A stretch of 64,000 nucleotides of DNA from Eledone cirrhosa. Its lineage: Eukaryota. The notes beneath the pieces were generated by a model. That model saw only the letters and a list, made by a program, of their open reading frames with translations. It ran no database searches and was not told where the DNA came from. The first letter of the stretch is position 1, and each line of letters opens with the position of its first letter. Of this stretch, positions 24,498 through 37,062 are shown in pieces. The translations under genes were made by a program, and so were the position numbers. The stretch is from positions 46,314,001 to 46,378,000 of the forward strand of contig OZ024743.1 in assembly GCA_964016885.1 (NCBI GenBank), written 5' to 3'.

Positions 24498-26835
24498 TGC
24501 AAACCAACCACACAAACATAACACACAAGACAGTGTCGAAGGTGATTTCGACGATCCAGTTATTCGATCAACAAACAGCTTGTTCTCGAAATTAACTTGC
24601 ATGTGGCTGGTTATTCTACAGACACGTGTACCCTTAATGGGAGATTCAGCATGATATAGTGTATGACAAGACCAACTCGTTAGATTACAGTATAAACCAT
24701 CCGACGTGATGTGGTTGGAAACAGTTTCCGTCTACCTAATATCATTCACAAAGCTTTGGTCAACCCTCGTCTATAACAATAGACACTTGCTCAAGATGCC
24801 ATAGGATTGAACTCGGGATCTTACTTATGATTATGATGCAAACTTCAAAACCATTCAGTCAAAGAACATTTAGGTAGTCGCTTGCCCTGCTAGTAAAAAC
24901 AACCAAATCTCAGAGATTTACACCTTATGATTATATAAATCATCTCAAACAAGAAACATACACATTTGATAATGCATTCCAATATACTCTTCGACGATGA
25001 ATTGGCAGAGTCGTTAGAGCGTCGGATTAAAATTACTTCGCAGTACTTGTTCCAGCTTTCTAGCTCTGAGTTCAAATCCCGCTGAGTTTTAACTTTGCTT
25101 TTCATCCTATCGGGGTCAATACAGTATAAATTCAAGTACTATTCCAGTGATGGTGGATTGACAGAAATGCTAGAGTGTCGGACGTGAAGCCTTGTAGTAT
25201 CTCTTTTAGTTCTTTCTGTTCTGAGTTCGCCGAAGACATCATTTGTGCTAAGTTGTGTTCGCCTTTGCCTTTTCCTTGGACGACATCGGTAGCGTGCAGA
25301 AATGAGACTTGCATGAATGGCCGACTGGCTGGTCTTTTACAAAATACTTTTCCCAGGCTTGCCCCTTGGAAAGGAATTTCCCAAATGTAATCCAATGGTT
25401 AGTCATGTCCGAAAAGGACCTTATCTACAATATATACATACCCCTAAACATGTAGCGAAATCTGTCCATACATACTGACTCCTAGACGACACGCGTGTTG
25501 TTTTTATTTATCTCGGGTTGGCGCCAATAATCTGGAGAAATTGGCCAACTTGGGAGATAAGATTGGTCAAATGAGATAAGATTTTCTTAAAGCCGTTCCG
25601 CTCTCATTTCTCGGAGAATGACATCTCTTCGAGTTGCTCAAGCAGTAGAGAGGTGTAGCGTAAACGAAAAACACACTCCTGTCCTCTCAACATGGCTGGT
25701 ACTTCGATAAAGGTTAGTTTAATGCCTGGTCAGACTGCATTCAAACAAACCAACCACACAAACATAACACACAATTCTTTTGGTCCTTTGTTATTTTCCT
25801 GTTTTATCAGCAATAGCTTCGACGTAAGTTATTTTCTCAATAAAATTATTAAAGTAACGATGTATGGCAACTGAGTACAGCCACACATCTAGACTCACTG
25901 AGACAAATACTCTCAATACATTTGCCATAAGTCACAAATTTCCCACAGCGCTGATATGAGAGGTAGAGAGACAATTCACAGAATCACCCATCAAGCCAAC
26001 AACATTACCACTACAACATCTGCCCCGCCACAATGAACATAAACCACCGAACAGACCTGTAGCCGGAGGCATTCGGACTTACCTTGCGTCTCTCTGTCGC
26101 TGGCTCCACCGTCTGTCTTCACACGTCCGTCACCTTTCAGGGCCTGTAGCTAAGAGAGGGCTGTTCACGGTGATGCCTCGAGTCGCCCCCGTCCTCCTGC
26201 TTCCGGCAATCCCCCTCCCACAGCAGCTCTACACCCCCACCCCACCCCTCTCTATCTCACGACAGCCCCACAAGACCAATATCAATTCTCAACACCAACA
26301 ACCAAAAATTCAACATCGCTACAAACATACAGAATGGTCACGGGTGGAATGCCACGACATAACAGGTCTATTTGATAATGGTTGGACTGAAGTTAAATAA
26401 AAGCATTACTTGCCGATGAAAACAGAAGATATAGAATTGAAGTAGGGTTAAATATGTTTAGTATTTCAAGACAACTTCTGATAATTTGGATAGAATGAAA
26501 GGAATAGACAAGATGAATGGTATTTTGTCTAAAATTTAAGAAAACAAGCGGAATATGTATGTATTGTGATTTTTAATGAAATTCTACATCGACTCTGATT
26601 GAGAAACTACGAAACTAACTACAGAAAAACTAGAACAATTGGAGATTGAATGGCAGTCGGGTGATAGGTCAGTTTCGTGACAAGCTGTCAGGCTGAAAAT
26701 GAGTAGTACGTTAGGTGAGACGGTATTCTGATGATACACTGACATTTAGGTTCAAAAGAATTACGGAATTCTCTTGAAAATATCACATACATGCATACAT
26801 ACATACATACATACATACATACATACATACATACA

Positions 26836-26868
<33 letters not shown>

Positions 26869-27880
26869 GCATGCATGCATACATACGTGCGTGCGTACAT
26901 ACATACACTCTCTCCTTGCTTTCTATATTGTCAGTATTATTAACGAACGAAGGCCATACCTTTTTAGTTCTATTGTTGTAGTAGATCAGTCAATCCAATA
27001 TTGTGTCGATATATTCAATTAGAGAGGCTATCAAGAGGCTATGTTGATGAATATCTTTCATCAAGATGATGATTCTTGTCATTAAAAGATGTCCAACTTG
27101 TTAAACGGAACGACAAACTCAGATTCATCTTAACATTATCAGCTTCACAAGCAAATGTTATTCTGGGAATGGCATTATTCACTAAAAGAATGAAAAGGAT
27201 GAATTTCAATAGAAATCTCTTGTCATATTTGTTTCAAATCAAATAAAATAGAATAGAAATTTTACTCTTTTAATTCTTTATTTGTTTCAGTCATTAAACT
27301 GCGGCCATGTTGAAGCAGAGCTTTCTTATTTCTTATTTCTTTCAAGACTGTGTTACTTTATCGATCTCATTCTGTCAAACCGCTAAGTAACATGATATAA
27401 CAAACTGTAAACATAAACAAAAACACGGACAGACAGACGGACACACACATACACTTTAATGTAGGTAATGTAGGTACATGTAGTGGAACTACATCGCAAC
27501 ATTTTCATATGCAATAAGGTCAAACTGACCAATGGGAAGTTGCGTATGAATACATGGTCAATCTCACTCTCGCTCTCTGGTGGAAAACCTCAGACAGCAC
27601 TCGAGAGACCAGACAGACTGAGCTGACCAGGACTCGAGAAGAATTATTGTGAAATGACTCCTAGATTCCTTTCGACAAAAAAAATTATATTTATAGAGGA
27701 TTGAGGTTAAAGAGCTATTTATTTATATCCTGGAAGTCAGAAGCATTTACTACCAATGAGAAGCTACCAACTCTTCGATTAAGGTATTTCAATTATATCG
27801 CTTATAAATAAGATCCTTCGAAGCCTGATAACATGCAATTGTAAAAGGATATGGATAAAATTTAACCCACTCATCTTATC

Positions 27881-27921
<41 letters not shown>

Positions 27922-28062
27922 GACGGTCCTCTATACAATTTCACTTACAAGACATTAGTCCACCCGATGCTATTGTAGAAGACACCGTACATGGCATGCA
28001 GTCAGACTTAACCCGAGACTGTGTGGTTACGAACAATCTCCTTAACGGCACATCCATGCCTG

Positions 28063-28099
<37 letters not shown>

Positions 28100-28184
28100 A
28101 GTGATTCCGGGTTGAATCGGAGGTAAACCACAGTAAGTAAGGTACTCAATACATAGCAGAGTATAAAAGTTTTAATATGGATAA

Positions 28185-28233
28185 GATTCTACAGGACTAG
28201 AACTGTTTCATTCTTGAGAAATCATCAGGAATC
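28185..28233 (-). ncRNA. Compact type-I hammerhead ribozyme in a ~140-bp (TA)n-flanked element (28096-28236)
   Basis: GAUUC-CUGAUGA-U UUC(UCAA)GAA U-GAAA-CAG(UUCUAGUC)CUG-UA^GAAUC, followed by AUUAAA. Stem I is a perfect 5 bp. Confidence 0.8.
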
Positions 28234-28248
28234 GCATATATAAATATA

Positions 28249-28732
28249 TGTACAGCCACCGGAAATAACATCTGTGAAATATACAGCTCCATCTATCTGT
28301 TAGCTAGCTACCTCGCGGTGAAACAAACAACCCTTAGAATCCACCAGAATAAAACGCCTACGCAGCGGCTAAACATCAAACGATTATTTCTGTATAAATA
28401 GAGTGGTTCCAAACACTTTCGCCAGTCGACTTTGGCAGAGTCAACTCGCGTATCGTTGTTCCTCTCCTCTGCCACGCTTGTCACTCACACACGCTTTGTA
28501 CCTTGTATCGTCGCTTCATGTGAAAATAAATAGCTGATCGAAACTATATCTCTCTCCTTGCTTCGTCCTTTCAACTTGTGCTTTTGTCTGTTCATCCTTA
28601 CCGTATGTGACAACAGTTCTTTTAAGGGCTATCTTCAGATACGATCAGACCGTATGCGATAACAGTTCTTTTAAGGGCTATTCTCGGATCTGATCGGAAG
28701 TAGTGACCAGACTGACCAACCACGTCGCTACA
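28249..28732 (+). mobile_element. Probable solo LTR
   Basis: TGTA...TACA termini, TATA flanks on both sides, TATAAATA at ~28393, AATAAA at ~28525 and an internal direct repeat. Confidence 0.55.
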
Positions 28733-28800
28733 TATATATATATAAGAAAATGAGGGGTTTTTTTATGAAAAAAAAACTAGATGTCCTACACGAGTGAAAG

Positions 28801-29035
28801 TATAAGGAAAAAAAGATGAAATCGAAAATGCAACTGGAGTCTTTTTAAGAATATTTATTTGTTTCCTTTACCGGTTTCACAGTTCTTATGCTTTTCAAAA
28901 GTAGAATTGAGATGGAGGGTTTGTGGGTTTTTTCATCTCAACTCTACTTTTGAAAAGCGAACTGTGAAACCGGTAAAGGAAACAAATAAATATTCTTAAA
29001 AAGACTCGAGTTGCATTTTCGATTTCATATTTTTT

Positions 29036-29042
<7 letters not shown>
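28801..29042. mobile_element. Near-perfect ~110-bp-arm palindrome with decayed minimal hammerheads plus AATAAA
   Basis: Arms 28801-28914/28934-29042. Right arm: CTT-TTGAAAA-GC..GT-GAAA-CCGG-TA-AAG then AATAAA (28985). Confidence 0.6.
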
Positions 29043-29077
<35 letters not shown>

Positions 29078-29335
29078 CACGTAACTCTCTGCCACACTAT
29101 ATAAACAAGACGCACGTGCTTGCCACACATATAACCATTGCACTCTATAACCGCTTAATTTCATGTTGTATTTTAACCTGTATTTTTGATTGTATCTTTT
29201 AATATGAATGTAATCTCTAAATGTGTACTGCCACACTAAATGCTGTAATGAATGTTGACCCACAATATTTGCATATGTATCTGTATGTCTCTTGGGTGAA
29301 AAGGAGGTCATATAAGTGTTCATTCAATAATAAAT

Positions 29336-29382
29336 TACTCCGAAGAATCCAAACCTCGGTTTGGAGGAAACAGTTGTAAGCA
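29336..29382 (+). ncRNA. Hammerhead-like motif with one core substitution (CCGAAGA)
   Basis: TACT-CCGAAGA-A TCCAAAC(CTCG)GTTTGGA G-GAAA-CA(GT)TG-TA-AGCA. Core flanks resemble the 51.8-kb family. Confidence 0.55.
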
Positions 29383-29610
29383 TAAAAATGTTTTGAACAG
29401 TTCTTTGATTCTTATAATTCATATAACTGCTCTGTAAATCATTTGATGTTATTACATTGAGCTATTTAACTTACTGGTAATAAGGTAGTAATATATTACT
29501 GCCTACCACTATTTAAGGTTTATAAAAATATATATAACTACAAAAGGTTTTTGTATTTGCATAACCATAAATAGTATAATTAATACTATATATATATATA
29601 TATATATAAC

Positions 29611-29747
29611 GAAAGAATTGTGGTAAGGAACCAGATGGACCATAACGCACCAGAGTACTCAATACTTAGGGTAGTAGAGTGGGTAATAGGAAAAAGAATG
29701 ACCCCGACGGCAGTGCTCAAGCCGTTTCGACGGCTATTTCTGGACTT

Positions 29748-29748
<1 letters not shown>
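29611..29748 (-). mobile_element. Second copy of the 12.1-kb (TA)n-flanked element, without the fold-back arm
   Basis: Matches the reverse complement of 12130-12268; (TA)n on both sides. Confidence 0.7.
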
Positions 29749-29802
<54 letters not shown>

Positions 29803-30314
29803 TAACGGTATGTTTATAGATATGCATTTAGAAAGCCGTAGCTATGCAAAAAACACCGGAGTTATCGCACTATGGTGATGTCCAGCACGCTGAATCTCTT
29901 TAAGAATGACGTTAAGCCTACACATTTCTGTAAAATGCTGTTACTTGCACGTTAACTTCACAAGTAGTCTGGTCTGTTGATCACTCATCGTTGAAACCGA
30001 CAGAAGTTCATTCCAATCTGAAGATGGCGTGTTTTATCAAGCTAACGCGATTAATTCATTCCAACTTGTTCGTTTTCTAAACATTTCTCTTCAGCTTTTG
30101 GTTTATTTTTACAATTGGGTCAGATTTAGCAAAATAAAGATTTTATTTGTTAAAAAGAGGAAAAAGCAAAATAGAAACAATACAAAACAGATTATCATTT
30201 TGTTTCCCATGCGTTTGACTTTATAGAAAACTGTAGAAACAAGGTGATTAGTGCCAGTGAAACAACCAAACGTCAAACAACCAATACATTCTGAATACAC
30301 GGACGCACACACCC

Positions 30315-30452
<138 letters not shown>

Positions 30453-30837
30453 CACACACACGCGTGCTTTTGTTTGTTTTTCATTTATCAAATACGAAAT
30501 TTTAAGCACCTTATTTTTTTTATTGCTTTAACCACCTGTTGTCGTAGCCATTGTTGTTGTTGTCATTGTTGTTGCTGTCATTGCTGTTGTCGCTACTGCT
30601 GCTGCTATTGTTAATATTATTAGTATCTACATTCTAATCTACATGATTTGGGAGTGGGAGTTCTTTATGATAAATGAATAAATATACTTCATAAATATGC
30701 TTTCTCCTCTTTTCCAAAATCCCACACTCACGTGGGCGCACTCATTGACACATGGAACATTACAACCCTGGGATTCTTCGGAAACAATGTTTACTGCATC
30801 CAACCCGCAACATTCTAGAATTTAGAAAGAAACAACA

Positions 30838-30945
30838 GCCGCAGGTGTGAGCTTCGCGAGTTGAAATGGTTTTTCCAGCGCGTCTCCCTTGCCGACCTCC
30901 GGGGAAACGCCTTCTCCATTCTGTCCGCCGGGGCTGTGGGGAGGC
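30838..30945 (+). mobile_element. CRE-like RLE non-LTR element, extreme 3' fragment
   Basis: Translates WFFQRVSLADLRGNAFSILS, resembling the LFQRIS.A..RGNA C-terminus of CRE-type elements. Confidence 0.5.
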
Positions 30946-31149
30946 CACCAATATGATTGACTGACTTAATATTTTATCAGTCAGATGTTTTTAAAGTTCA
31001 AACATTGTCGCCTGACGCTAAATAATGGATCTAAGTAAAAGGAAGTAACCCCTTATGCTAAGAGATCAGATACAACTCAACTATACTAACTACCATTTAC
31101 AACTGTTAATAATTACAGTAAAACTTAATTTTCAGAGTCATTCAAAAAG

Positions 31150-31680
31150 TACTTTAGTCAAAACAGAAGTTGTAAGAGCTGATGTCGTGGTGCGCCAGCT
31201 TCAGTATTGGGTAATCGGGGGAGAGGAGATGGGTGTAAAAGCTGGACTCGCTGTCTTCGGTTGGGTATTCGTGCCAACACTTATTATGGATCTTGAGTGA
31301 CAACCAAACGAGTGCAATTGTGAATACAGGCGGCTGAAGTGGGGTTCCTCCGAAGGGTCTTTGGAGTAAGGTTACTCGACAGAACGTGTTGCTAGGAGAT
31401 CAGAGAGTCACTCCAGGTAGAGCCACTACTTCTCCGAATTGAGAGATCACAGCTCCGATACTATGGGTATGTGGTTAGAATGTCTCAGGAAAGAACTGCT
31501 GGACAGATTTTACGGATGAAACCAACTGGAAGGAGACCCAGGGTAAACTCCGAACAAGATTTTTAGATAACATCCGTGAGCTCGGCTGATCCAGCCAAAC
31601 CAATTGGAGGTTGTTGCTTCTGACAGGGCACTCTGGCAAGAATGTGTGAGGACTCTGTCTCCAGGCCCCTCCGAAATACC
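31150..31680 (+). mobile_element. Rex3/Expander-like (RTE clade) LINE 3' fragment
   Basis: GFLRRVFGVRLLDR..EIRESLQVEPLLLRIERSQLRYYG. Related fragments at 44880-45230 and 60095-60410. Confidence 0.7.
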
Positions 31681-31704
31681 TACTCACACATACACACACC
31701 TACT

Positions 31705-31835
31705 TACCACCATAGGCGCTGATCTGGCGAGCCGCAGGTATGAGCCTTCCGAGATGGAATGGCTCTTCCAGCGCATCTCCCTTACCATCCTCCGGGGAAA
31801 CGTCTTCTCCATTCTGTCCTCCGGGGCCGTGGGCG
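31705..31835 (+). mobile_element. CRE-like RLE non-LTR element 3' fragment, second copy
   Basis: ORF 31604..32005 contains EMEWLFQRISLTILRGNVFSILS and is similar in DNA to 30838-30945. Confidence 0.55.
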
Positions 31836-32266
31836 ACCAGTACATGGGACCCCATTTGCTCATAATAGTGAGAGGTGGGGAGAGTGAGAAAGATGGAAGC
31901 GATGACAGTGGAAGTTCGGCTCCTCTGTGTTCGGACCTGGTGTACGTGTATGTACATACTGTCTTATTATTTAGACTATATTATTTTGTCAAAATATTAT
32001 GGTGAAGATTCATGATTATAAGATAATAACTACTGCATTCATAAAACATACACCACCCACATTATTCTCAAATAACGACTAGCCCGGTCCACGATTCAAT
32101 GATACGACCTCATCAGATAAACATTTCAACAAAAGAAAGATCCAAACGTCAGTCTGAAGAGCACCAACACCGAATCTTCAAAATCACCGGCAATTTTTTG
32201 TTTCCTTAATAAAACTTATTCACCGCTCATATGTATTGTGTGGGTGGGTGTGTATTCTTGTGAGTG

Positions 32267-32324
<58 letters not shown>

Positions 32325-32328
<4 letters not shown>

Positions 32329-33445
32329 TGATGTTGTCTCTGTGTGTGTGTGTGTGTGTGTGTCCTCATTTTTGCAAAGTCTATACAAATCCACATATCC
32401 ACATTTCTACTCCGATTGACTTCAAACTGGCATTTATATATTCCTTGCGGTCGAAAGATATTAAAGCAGCTTTTATTTTTCAATTTTCTGTTGTTAAAGG
32501 GGTGTTAGGCACCGGTTATCCATCTCCGTCGCGCTCTTATAATATCTGTCTGTATGCCTGGCTGTCTGCATTACGACATTCTGACGAACATTGATGACGT
32601 TTATGTTCGCTGTTTTCCGTTCATTGCCGGGGAACGTCTTCACGAACCAAAGTATCGTCTTCCTGTTTTCCTTCGGTTGCAACGGTTTTCGAAATATTTA
32701 CTTCTGCGTTCACAGATTGATGTTTTTAGTTTCAGAAGATCCCGTTAAGGGGGAAAGCAACGATTCTTTGCTTAAACTGTAATCTGTTATTTTAATCTAT
32801 ATATGTATATATATAAATGTGAGGAAGGAAGGACGTGTGTGTGTGTGCGTGTTAAACCCGAGAAGTACCCAACCGATTTTTTTCAAACTTTACATGTGTT
32901 TCACTTATATTTCAGGGAGTATTATGCACATAAAAAATTCAACTTTTTGATCCCCTAGGGCTCGCATTAGTTGAAAAACTGCGGGTTTTTTTCAGCTTTT
33001 TAGGGGTTTTTTGAGGCGTTACGTCAGACCGATTTCCTTGAAATTGTAACTATGTATTAGTCAGTCTCTTCTTCATACCGTGAGCAAAGAAAATCCAACT
33101 TTTGTATGGCCTAGAGCCCGCATTAGGTGAAAACTTCATTTTTTTTTCAGCTTTTTAGGGCTTTTTTGAGGCGTTACGTCTCGCTGATTTTCCCGAAATT
33201 TCAAGGCATATTATGGCATATCATTTTAAGGCATATCATTTTCTTGTTCTCTTTTGGGTCCGCATTAGGTGAAAACCTGCCTTTTTCCTGTTTCATCGAG
33301 GAAAATCTTAGATTATCCAGCCATCAGAGTATTCGGTTTATTTTCTTTACATATTGTCCAGGCATGCAGTTTTTCCACGATTAGGTCTTTTGGCGGCCCG
33401 CGTTCCAAAATACCTTATCCCGTGCAACGCCGGATACCACTGTTA
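32325..33445 (-). mobile_element. Helentron/DINE-1-like element, reverse copy of the 9730 family (composite)
   Basis: 32855-33445 matches the reverse complement of ~9730-10310 and ends CCCGTGCAACGCCGGATACCACTGTTAG before (TA)n. Confidence 0.5.
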
Positions 33446-34144
33446 GTATATATATATATATATAGTAAAAACATTTTATTCACACACACAAGCATATTTG
33501 TACGCATATGTGTATGTTTCTGTATGTGTATAGTATTTTAGTAGTGTATATGTGTATGTATGTGTGTATATGTGTGTGTTTCTGTGTTCTTACTCTATAG
33601 TATTTTAGTAGTGTGTGTATCTATGTATGTGTATGTATGTATATGTGTATGTATGTATATGTGTGTGTGTATGTATGTGTATGTATGTATGTATATGTGT
33701 ATGTATGTATATGTGTGTGTATGTATGTGTATGTATGTATGTGTCTGTGGTCAGTGATCCTACTTGAGATATTTGTGGCTTCTCCGTGTAACTGTTTAGT
33801 TATTTCATTGGTCATTTATTTTTATTTATTTCCTTTTCACGTATTTTTTTTCCTTTTCTCTACTGCTGTGCTAGTATTTCTAATGGAATATCTGTTTTTG
33901 CTAGCTAAGTACTTAAGCCAACTGTAGAGGTTTTTAAAGAACATCTAACTGTATAAGACCTCTCTTTCCATATCGTCTGCTTAAGAAAATGTTGTGCTGT
34001 GTGCTTGTCTCTGCTTTTGCGTGATATAATATGGAGTTATCCTTGCTTGTAGTTTCTTGTTTTTACTTGTAACTTTAACAACTTCATGTGGCTTCTAATT
34101 TATTACTGAACTTTCATAGTTTTATATTACTACCGCTCATCACT

Positions 34145-34460
34145 TGCTGTTGTTGTGGTTGTTGTTACTCTTATTGTTATCGTCGACCTCATCGTTGTTG
34201 TTGTGGTTGTTCTTAATCTTATTGTTGCTGTTGTTGTTGTTACTGCTGTTGTTGTCATCATTTCCGTTGCCGTTGTTGTTGTTACTGCTGTTGTTGTCAT
34301 CATTTCCGTTGCCGTTGTTGTTGTTACTGCTGTTGTTGTCATCATTTCCGTTGCCGTTGTTGTTGTTACTGCTGTTGTTGTCATCATTTCCGATGCCGTT
34401 GTTGTTGTTACTGCTGTTGTTGTCATCATTTCCGATGCCGTTGTTGTTGTTGGTGGTGGT
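34145..34460. repeat. (GTT)n-based 42-bp higher-order repeat, ~5 copies
   Basis: Unit GTTGTTGTTGTTACTGCTGTTGTTGTCATCATTTCCGTTGCC. Confidence 0.9.
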
Positions 34461-37022
34461 ATGAACATCAGCAAGGGCGAACGATTAAGAAGTTCTCTTT
34501 CAATCATTAGGTCCCGGGCTCGATCCAACTGCGAAGCATAATGGAGAAAGTATCTTATTTTAGGCCTTGGGTCAACCTAACGATTGCGGGTGAAATTGGA
34601 TTGGACTGTCGAGTGGTCTGTATATCCAAGGTCCATTGGTGCACTTAACTCCTGGTGGATTCCTAGGTGTGCCGTAGTGATATATGGCGTGTCTTCGGCA
34701 TTTAAACCTGGTGGGGCTCACCCCTCTCCAGGTTTGAACATAGCCGATTTCTTCCAGAGAAAAACAGAATGAGAGTAAAAGAGAGGAAGTGAGAAAGAGA
34801 TATAGAAGAAAATTCGACCCTGGTTGTTGAACTGTTACTTTATTTATCGACCTCGAAAAGATGAAAGGCGGCGTTTGAACTCTGACTGCTAAAAGCCGAA
34901 CAGAATACCACGAAGCATTCTATCTGACATGCTAATGACTGCCGTTTCGCCGTATTAGGGTCTGTAATCCGAAGGTCTAGCCTTGTCATACTCGGTGATA
35001 GACCTCACTGAGAATTATGTTAAAGATATCTGTGGAATATTCTTATACTATAATGCTTTCTGATTGAGGCACAAGGCTAACAATTTGAAGGGGAAAGTCG
35101 ATTAAATCGAACCAGTGTGTTACTGGTACTTTATTTTATCGCCGCCGTAAGGATGAAAAGCAAAGCTAACCGCGGTGGGATTTGAAATCGGAACGTAAAG
35201 GGCCGTAACTCTATGCCACTATAATACAAGATGAACTGTAACTGGAATTCAAAGATCCAACCATGTCATACTATATCACGCTTAATTTCCCTGGAAATCA
35301 CGTAAAGGATACACGTGTTTGTGGAATGCTCAGCACTTACACGTTAATTTTACGAGCAGGTTGTTCCATTGATTGAACATCTAGAAGACTCATAGTCGAA
35401 ACCGACTGAGGTCCATGGTATTCCATCACATCTATTGTTATTGTTGTCGTTGTTGTTGTTATTACATTGCTCTTTATTTCCTTTATTGATTGTCAGGCCG
35501 TGTTCAGGAGATTGCTACATTTATGAACAACTTCCAACTATTAAAATCTTGTTTCTTAATGCATTTTTTTCCAATATTCAAGTTGTCCTCAACGAAAATA
35601 ACATTAACTTATGTATCATAGGCTTACTGCTATTATTACATCTATCCTCTTTAATGACCACATTACTGCTGTCTTTTGTGAAGGACTGTAGCTAAGGGGT
35701 TAGGGTGTTACGCTCGTGATTGTAAGACCGTAACTTCGATTAAATAACCAGGTGGCAGATTTTAACAGATCGGGCAGCACATTTTATCTTTGAGCAAAGA
35801 CACTATTTCACAATGCTTCAGTCCACTCAGCTGGAAAACATTAGTTGCAACAACACTAGTGCCAAAATGTTTCCCTTGAACATTGGTGGCAGAGATGGGA
35901 GACTTACAAGCATGGGCAAGTACAGGTCGCTTTGCGAGGAACTTTCCAGGTGCAAACCCATGGTCAGTCATAACCAAAAGGATATTTGAAAAAATTGCAG
36001 ATCCACAGTTACAATTTCACAATGTTGCTATCCTTACATACTAAAAAAAAAAGAGTAAAGAGCCCTTAACTCCTGATGGAGTCATAGGTTCACCATTCCG
36101 ACACAGGGTGTGTCTTGAGCATTTTAAACTTGGCAGAGCCCAACCCTCTCCAGGGCAAAACTCAGTCAATTTCTTCCAGAGAGATAATGTGATAAAGAGA
36201 GATAAAAGAAAAACCAACCCCAGTATTCAACTGGTACTTTATTTATCAACCTTGAAAGGATAAAAGGCCAAGTTGAGCTGTGCCCTAACAAATACCAACG
36301 TATTTTTAGTTGAGCTGTACCCTAACAAATACCAAGGTATTTTTAGTACAACACCCTAACCACTGTCAATTCACTGCCTTCCCTACATATTACAATGTTG
36401 ATAAATTTTACACAATATTTCTTCCTTGATGACCATAACCTGGAAACATGCTCAGCTACATGCTACACAAAGAGGCTAATGAGAGCTGTGTTTCCAGTAT
36501 AAGCCAGAAAGACGAAGCAGGCCTCAAGATCTCGTTGATGAGTGGGGGAGGACCTGGCAGACATGGGCCTGACCTAGCTTGGGAGCAGGCTCATGACAGA
36601 ACTTGCAACCAAGCTGAAAAGAGATCTCTCATTACCCAATGTTCCAGGCTCTAGTAGAAAAAAAAACTTGCCCAAGATGCCACACAGTGGGATAGAACCC
36701 AAGACCACGATTGTGAAACAAATGTCTTAACCGTTCAAGTCTACAACAACCCATATAATGTAGAATTCAAAACAAAAGCAAAGAGTTTGTTCAGTAAGGT
36801 TAAGTAGAATTTTTAGTTTCACGATAGCCGAAAATATTGTTTCATAGAATGTAAAAAAACAAATACAATAAATAATATAGAAGATTGTTTATGGCAGAAA
36901 AACAAACTATAAATTAAAAACAGCCACAACAATTATTTGAAAATAATAGCTTATCGAGAAACAAATATTTTGTCAAAAAATACTTTATTTGCAAAAATTG
37001 TTTCTTATTGAGTAGTTCTGTA

Positions 37023-37062
<40 letters not shown>

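Noticed and set aside
26040-26240. GC-rich island with a minus-strand GTAAGT donor as a possible first exon
   Set aside because: No recognisable ORF or partner exon; it could be a retroelement UTR and cannot be supported from sequence alone.
32154-32185. CTGAAGA...GAAT plus-strand hammerhead candidate
   Set aside because: GAAA is absent and stems I and III do not pair.
34130-34541. Mucin-like Thr-rich or Val/Leu-rich ORFs
   Set aside because: A 42-bp (GTT)n-derived repeat open in several frames on both strands, with no splice or domain support.
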